This document shows positions 26,122 through 32,000 of a DNA stretch of 32,000 nucleotides, one piece after another. Source of the DNA: Sulfolobus acidocaldarius DSM 639 (GTDB taxonomy: Archaea; Thermoproteota; Thermoprotei_A; Sulfolobales; Sulfolobaceae); NCBI RefSeq assembly GCF_000012285.1, contig NC_007181.1, positions 420,001 to 452,000 of the forward strand, read 5' to 3'. Made by a program: the position numbers and the translations under genes. Each line of letters begins with the position of its first letter. The first letter of the stretch is position 1. The notes beneath the pieces are model-generated. The model had not been told where the DNA came from, made no database searches, and saw only the letters and a list, made by a program, of their open reading frames with translations.

Positions 26122-26949
26122 TTTCTCTACATCCATGGATAAATCTAAGGATCTCACGCTATGAGTTAAATACCCACTGGAAATTATATCAACACCAGTT
26201 TCTGCATATTCCTTTACATTTTCAGGGGTTATCCTACCGGAAGCTTCCAATAGTACTTTGCCCTTTAACATTTTAACCACCTCCTTTACTTCCTGAGGAC
26301 TAAAGTTATCTAACATAATTATGTCTGCACCAGCTTTGTATGCCTCAATTGCATCATTAATATTAGAGACTTCAACCTCTATTTTCTTTGAGAAACTTGT
26401 GATCTCTTTGGCTTGCTTTATAGCATCCTTGACGTTTCCTATAATAGAAATGTGATTGTCTTTTATTAGTACCATATCATATAATGAATACCTATGAGGA
26501 TCCCCGCCACCTATCTCTATGGCATATTTCTCAAAAATTCTTAGACCAGGCGTAGTTTTTCTTGTCCCAGCAATTATCACTTTAGGATTTATCTCCCTGG
26601 CTATATTTACCATCTTTCTGGTCTCTGTAGCTATTGCTGAGAGCCTACTCAACATGTTTAAAACTAGTCTCTCTACTCCTAATACGGCTTCAGCATCTCC
26701 TTGGAAAATCAATATGTTCTCCCCTTTACTAAATAATTCTCCATCTTTTCTATAATAATCTACCTTTAAACCTAAATACTCTAGAAATGGTATTATAAAC
26801 TTGTTGCCTGCCAAGATGCTTTTATTCTCCTTCGAAAATATTATTCCTTTTACTTTCACACCTCTAATTACTCTACTTGTAATATCCTCAGGATAAAGAT
26901 CTTCCTCAAGTAACTGCAAAAGCCTATTTATGACTAATTTTTCAATCAT
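26113..26949 (-). CDS. nadC: Nicotinate-nucleotide pyrophosphorylase (quinolinate phosphoribosyltransferase)
   Basis: [42 protein letters not shown] and C-terminal ...[25 protein letters not shown]. Confidence 0.85.
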   Translation of the reverse strand: MIEKLVINRLLQLLEEDLYPEDITSRVIRGVKVKGIIFSKENKSILAGNKFIIPFLEYLGLKVDYYRKDGELFSKGENILIFQGDAEAVLGVERLVLNMLSRLSAIATETRKMVNIAREINPKVIIAGTRKTTPGLRIFEKYAIEIGGGDPHRYSLYDMVLIKDNHISIIGNVKDAIKQAKEITSFSKKIEVEVSNINDAIEAYKAGADIIMLDNFSPQEVKEVVKMLKGKVLLEASGRITPENVKEYAETGVDIISSGYLTHSVRSLDLSMDVEKLT

Positions 26950-27515
26950 TATTTCCTACATATCTTAATGAAGTTTTTAAATACTTCAATTCCTTTTTCT
27001 GTGTGTTTTACTTCAGGGTGAAACTGTACTCCAAAAATTGAGTTGTCATTATTTACCATTGCTTGAACTTTGGCGTTCTCACTACTAGCCAGAATTCTGA
27101 AACCTGATGGAGGTCTCACAACTTCATCATTATGACTTTCCCATGCTTTTATACTAGGTTTTAATCCTCTAAGTATCGTATCTTCATCCACTATATTAAC
27201 TGTAGTTAGACCATACTCTGGTTTATTGGCTTTCCTAACTTCGCCACCTAGGACCTTTGCTATTAGTTGATGACCTAGACATATTCCCAACTTCGGCACA
27301 TTCAGACTTTTGACATAATCTGGTGCAAATCCCATCTTATCTAACTCATTAATAACTGAATAGGGACCTCCTCCAAATACAACAGAATCAAATTCCTTCA
27401 ATTCTTCAACTGATTTATCAGGAGTTATTGCTACTGCTTCTAATCCAAGATATTTCAGGTCTTTTACTATTAAATGGTTGTATTGACCACCAAAATATAT
27501 TACAGCAACTTTCAC
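26949..27515 (-). CDS. guaA: GMP synthase, glutamine amidotransferase subunit A
   Basis: Class-I GATase triad context GICLGHQL ... [13 protein letters not shown]. The N-terminal [20 protein letters not shown] is typical of GuaA. 188 aa, matching the archaeal split subunit. Confidence 0.7.
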   Translation of the reverse strand: MKVAVIYFGGQYNHLIVKDLKYLGLEAVAITPDKSVEELKEFDSVVFGGGPYSVINELDKMGFAPDYVKSLNVPKLGICLGHQLIAKVLGGEVRKANKPEYGLTTVNIVDEDTILRGLKPSIKAWESHNDEVVRPPSGFRILASSENAKVQAMVNNDNSIFGVQFHPEVKHTEKGIEVFKNFIKICRK

Positions 27516-27581
27516 GGTCTATTAATTTCTTGCTAAAATTAAAACTTTTATATCCCTTGTCCGAACTTATGTTCGGTCTAA

Positions 27582-29487
<1,906 letters not shown>

Positions 29488-29508
29488 GTCCGTTCCGTCG
29501 ACCATTCA

Positions 29509-30867
29509 TCATTTCAATAATAGATTCTCATATTCCTTTACATATTTTACGCTTCTCTTACTATCACTAAATAATTTTGAGACCTCTTCTATATCTTCAG
29601 ATTTAATACTCTCCCTCCCTTTCCTTTGGGCTACAATGTAAGCCGGTTCTATAAGTTGAACCGCATATCTTAAACTGTTTTCTACTCCTAACTTTGTTAG
29701 TAAGACTATTGCATCTTCATCAAGTTTTACGTCTATCTCGTTAGCCCTAATCTTTACTATTTCTCTTATCTCACTCTCATTGTATGGTCTGGTCTGAATA
29801 ATCAATAATCTATCTAGCAGATCTAACGGAATTCCATGAGGAGATTCTATATCTGTGCCCCTTATCTTTGTTATACCTCTGTTAGTAGCTAGTATTAGGA
29901 TTGGAGCTAGTTCTGACTCCAAGGTCTTCGTCAAGAACGAGAACGCTTCTATATCGAGCATATGAGCATCATCAATGAATAGTACTCCGGGTACCAGTTC
30001 TGCATCTCCTCTGTTTACCATATCTTTAACAAGCCTATCAACTTGCTTTCTTATATCTTGGTTTATCTCTCTCTCAGTGAAAAAGCTAAATAATGCGGTA
30101 ATTGAAATTGATTGCGCAGCTAGATTAAGATCTAAATCATGAAGAGTTACTGTAATAGTTATATCCTTTTCCTTCTTAATAGAGCCTGTAGGAATATCAA
30201 CTTGTCTAACAACTTCAATATCATAGCTCTTTGCACCTTCAAACCCCTTGGCTCTTCCTACCTTTGTAACTTCACCGGTTTCAGCATCTATCCATATTAC
30301 ATCACCTTTCTTTACATTCAATTTCATGAACTGTTCAGCAATTGCATCACCAACATTTAAGGTTCGTTCATCGTCCTTAGTACTTAAAACGATCTGTGCT
30401 TCTCTCGGAGAAACGTAATATGGATTGTACCTACTTCTGGCTACCTTAAGTTTGACGTCCTTAACTACACCTTCATAGACTGTTCTTTTCTGCTTTATCC
30501 TAACTCCCATTGACTTTCTAATAACTTGCGTTAGTATCTCAGTTTTCTTGAGCTCTGTAGAATAAACCTCAGAGGCATTTATAGTGGTAAATGGGGTATC
30601 CTCTCCTAGCTCTTTTGCAATGGCTACAGCCAATGCTGTCTTTCCTGTTCCTGGTGGACCTACGAAAAGTATTCCCTTACCTGCCATTTTACCTTGTCTA
30701 ATTAACTGAACCACTATACCAGATGCCTCTCTGGCTTCAACTTGTCCTACTAGACCATCTGCAATGAACTTTGCTTTACCCTTCTCGTCTAAACCTAAAC
30801 CAGTTATATGACTGTGTATACTTGCTTTTTCCCTTTCTATTTTCTTAATCTCTCTTATCTGGGCCAT
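29509..30867 (-). CDS. TIP49/RuvB-like AAA+ ATPase
   Basis: [11 protein letters not shown]...[29 protein letters not shown] (Walker A), an inserted OB-like domain, and [11 protein letters not shown] (Walker B). The overall TIP49 architecture is found in Crenarchaeota. Confidence 0.8.
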   Translation of the reverse strand: MAQIREIKKIEREKASIHSHITGLGLDEKGKAKFIADGLVGQVEAREASGIVVQLIRQGKMAGKGILFVGPPGTGKTALAVAIAKELGEDTPFTTINASEVYSTELKKTEILTQVIRKSMGVRIKQKRTVYEGVVKDVKLKVARSRYNPYYVSPREAQIVLSTKDDERTLNVGDAIAEQFMKLNVKKGDVIWIDAETGEVTKVGRAKGFEGAKSYDIEVVRQVDIPTGSIKKEKDITITVTLHDLDLNLAAQSISITALFSFFTEREINQDIRKQVDRLVKDMVNRGDAELVPGVLFIDDAHMLDIEAFSFLTKTLESELAPILILATNRGITKIRGTDIESPHGIPLDLLDRLLIIQTRPYNESEIREIVKIRANEIDVKLDEDAIVLLTKLGVENSLRYAVQLIEPAYIVAQRKGRESIKSEDIEEVSKLFSDSKRSVKYVKEYENLLLK

Positions 30868-30972
30868 TCCATAAATTATATAAAAGAGTGGATTTTTGAA
30901 ATTTACTTAAGTGATGACGATCTTTGGGTCTGAATTGTGAGGATGTGGCGGCTAACTGAGAGGTAGGTAGGA

Positions 30973-31836
30973 ATGAAACCACTTCACTTGTCAGTAGGCA
31001 GGATAAACATTGATATTATAGCTAAGATTAACAAAATACCTGATATCGATGAGTTTGAAACAACAGATACACTAGAAATTTTACCAGGTGGAGCAGCAGT
31101 TAATTATGCTGTAGCTATAAACAAATTTGGTCACAGTATTAAGATTTTATCTAAGATAGGCAAAGATTCACTTGTGTCTTATGTACTAGAAAGGATAGCA
31201 GAAATGGGAGTAGGACTTGATTACGTAGAGGAAACAAACTTACCACAGAGCATGGCATTAATATTTTTGAGAGATAACGGAAGCATTTCAATGGTCAGGA
31301 AGCTAGGCTCTTCAATTCTCCTTGATAAAGAGGATATAAAGAAAGTCTTCGGGCTATTTGATGTTATACATTTTGCTTCAATTTCTCCGGATATTGTTGT
31401 TAGGGATCCTTACGCTAAACTTATAACTTATGATCCAGGTCCAAATAGTTCAAAAATTCCTGAAAATTTTGGGAATGCAGATATAATATATTTGAATGAG
31501 AGGGAAAGCACTAAGGTTAAGATAGAAAGTCTTAAAGCACGATTGATCGTAATAAAAATGGGATCGAAGGGAGCTAAAGTAATATCAGAAAATGAAGAGT
31601 GCTATTGCGAGCCATATAAAGTTCAAACTGTTTTAGATACAACAGGTGCTGGAGATGTTTTTGACGCCGCATTTAATTATGCGTATGTGCAGGGATACTC
31701 AATAGAGGATACTCTTAGATTCGCTGTAACTGCCTCTGCACTAAAAGTAATGAGAATAGGAGGGATAAATTCTCCCACTAGAGAGGAAGTTATGAATGCC
31801 TTAAATGCTTATACACCAAATACTAAATGTAAATGA
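30973..31836 (+). CDS. PfkB-family carbohydrate/nucleoside kinase
   Basis: N-terminal GGAAVNYA and C-terminal [13 protein letters not shown] PfkB signature. Confidence 0.8.
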   Translation: MKPLHLSVGRINIDIIAKINKIPDIDEFETTDTLEILPGGAAVNYAVAINKFGHSIKILSKIGKDSLVSYVLERIAEMGVGLDYVEETNLPQSMALIFLRDNGSISMVRKLGSSILLDKEDIKKVFGLFDVIHFASISPDIVVRDPYAKLITYDPGPNSSKIPENFGNADIIYLNERESTKVKIESLKARLIVIKMGSKGAKVISENEECYCEPYKVQTVLDTTGAGDVFDAAFNYAYVQGYSIEDTLRFAVTASALKVMRIGGINSPTREEVMNALNAYTPNTKCK

Positions 31837-32000
31837 TAGTGATATTCGTTGATTTTGATTATTTCTTCGCACAAGTAGAGGAAGTATTAAACCCACAATA
31901 TAAGGGAAAACCACTGGTAGTTTGCGTATATTCCGGTAGAACCAAAACGAGTGGGGCTGTAGCCACCGCGAATTATGAGGCAAGAAAATTAGGAGTAAAG
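31833..32000 (+). CDS. dbh: Y-family DNA polymerase IV (Dbh/Dpo4), N-terminal 56 codons (partial)
   Basis: My translation: [60 protein letters not shown] overlap with the preceding gene. Matches the Dbh/Dpo4 N-terminus (catalytic DFDYF motif) from memory. Confidence 0.85.
   Translation, partial: MIVIFVDFDYFFAQVEEVLNPQYKGKPLVVCVYSGRTKTSGAVATANYEARKLGVK

Overview
AT-rich crenarchaeal (Sulfolobales-type) chromosomal window. The final partial ORF (31833-32000, [56 protein letters not shown]) matches my memory of the N-terminus of the Y-family polymerase Dbh of Sulfolobus acidocaldarius. The source is therefore probably that species or a close relative; this is recollection, not a search. Layout: (1) 1-7656 is the right-hand part of an integrated pNOB8-like conjugative element. 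It carries membrane proteins, a frameshifted VirB4/TrbE ATPase and a diverged tandem gene-pair duplication, and ends in a partitioned SSV-type integrase C-fragment fused to a tRNA 3'-half att repeat. (2) 7.7-11.6 kb is a junction/decay zone: a decayed ABC-ATPase fragment with an attached small Cys/Trp peptide gene, a DUF234-type ATPase, a degenerate second att copy, initiator tRNA-Met, tRNA-Asp and an unassigned GC-rich island. (3) 11.6-17.8 kb is the most interesting part. It holds a YcaO + SagB-type dehydrogenase + RRE-like partner operon with a wHTH regulator, membrane proteins and an ABC transporter. Three short genes absent from the ORF track sit around it, and a fourth lies at 7.8 kb. 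All four encode peptides sharing a CW(F/A)(G/C)CW-type core, so this looks like an azole-type RiPP (TOMM/LAP-like) system with multiple precursors. (4) 17.8-20.4 kb holds decayed genes (an MFS transporter with an in-frame TGA, a truncated radical-SAM/SPASM gene) and ends in an integrase N-fragment running into tRNA-Gly. (5) 20.4-32 kb is ordinary housekeeping: mtnA, tRNA-Gln with a second dead integrase N-fragment, DHH phosphoesterase, nicotinamidase-like, endonuclease V, PTP, KaiC-like ATPase, nadC, guaA GATase subunit, nadB, NUDIX, TIP49-like AAA+, PfkB kinase and dbh. No rRNA genes and no CRISPR array were seen.
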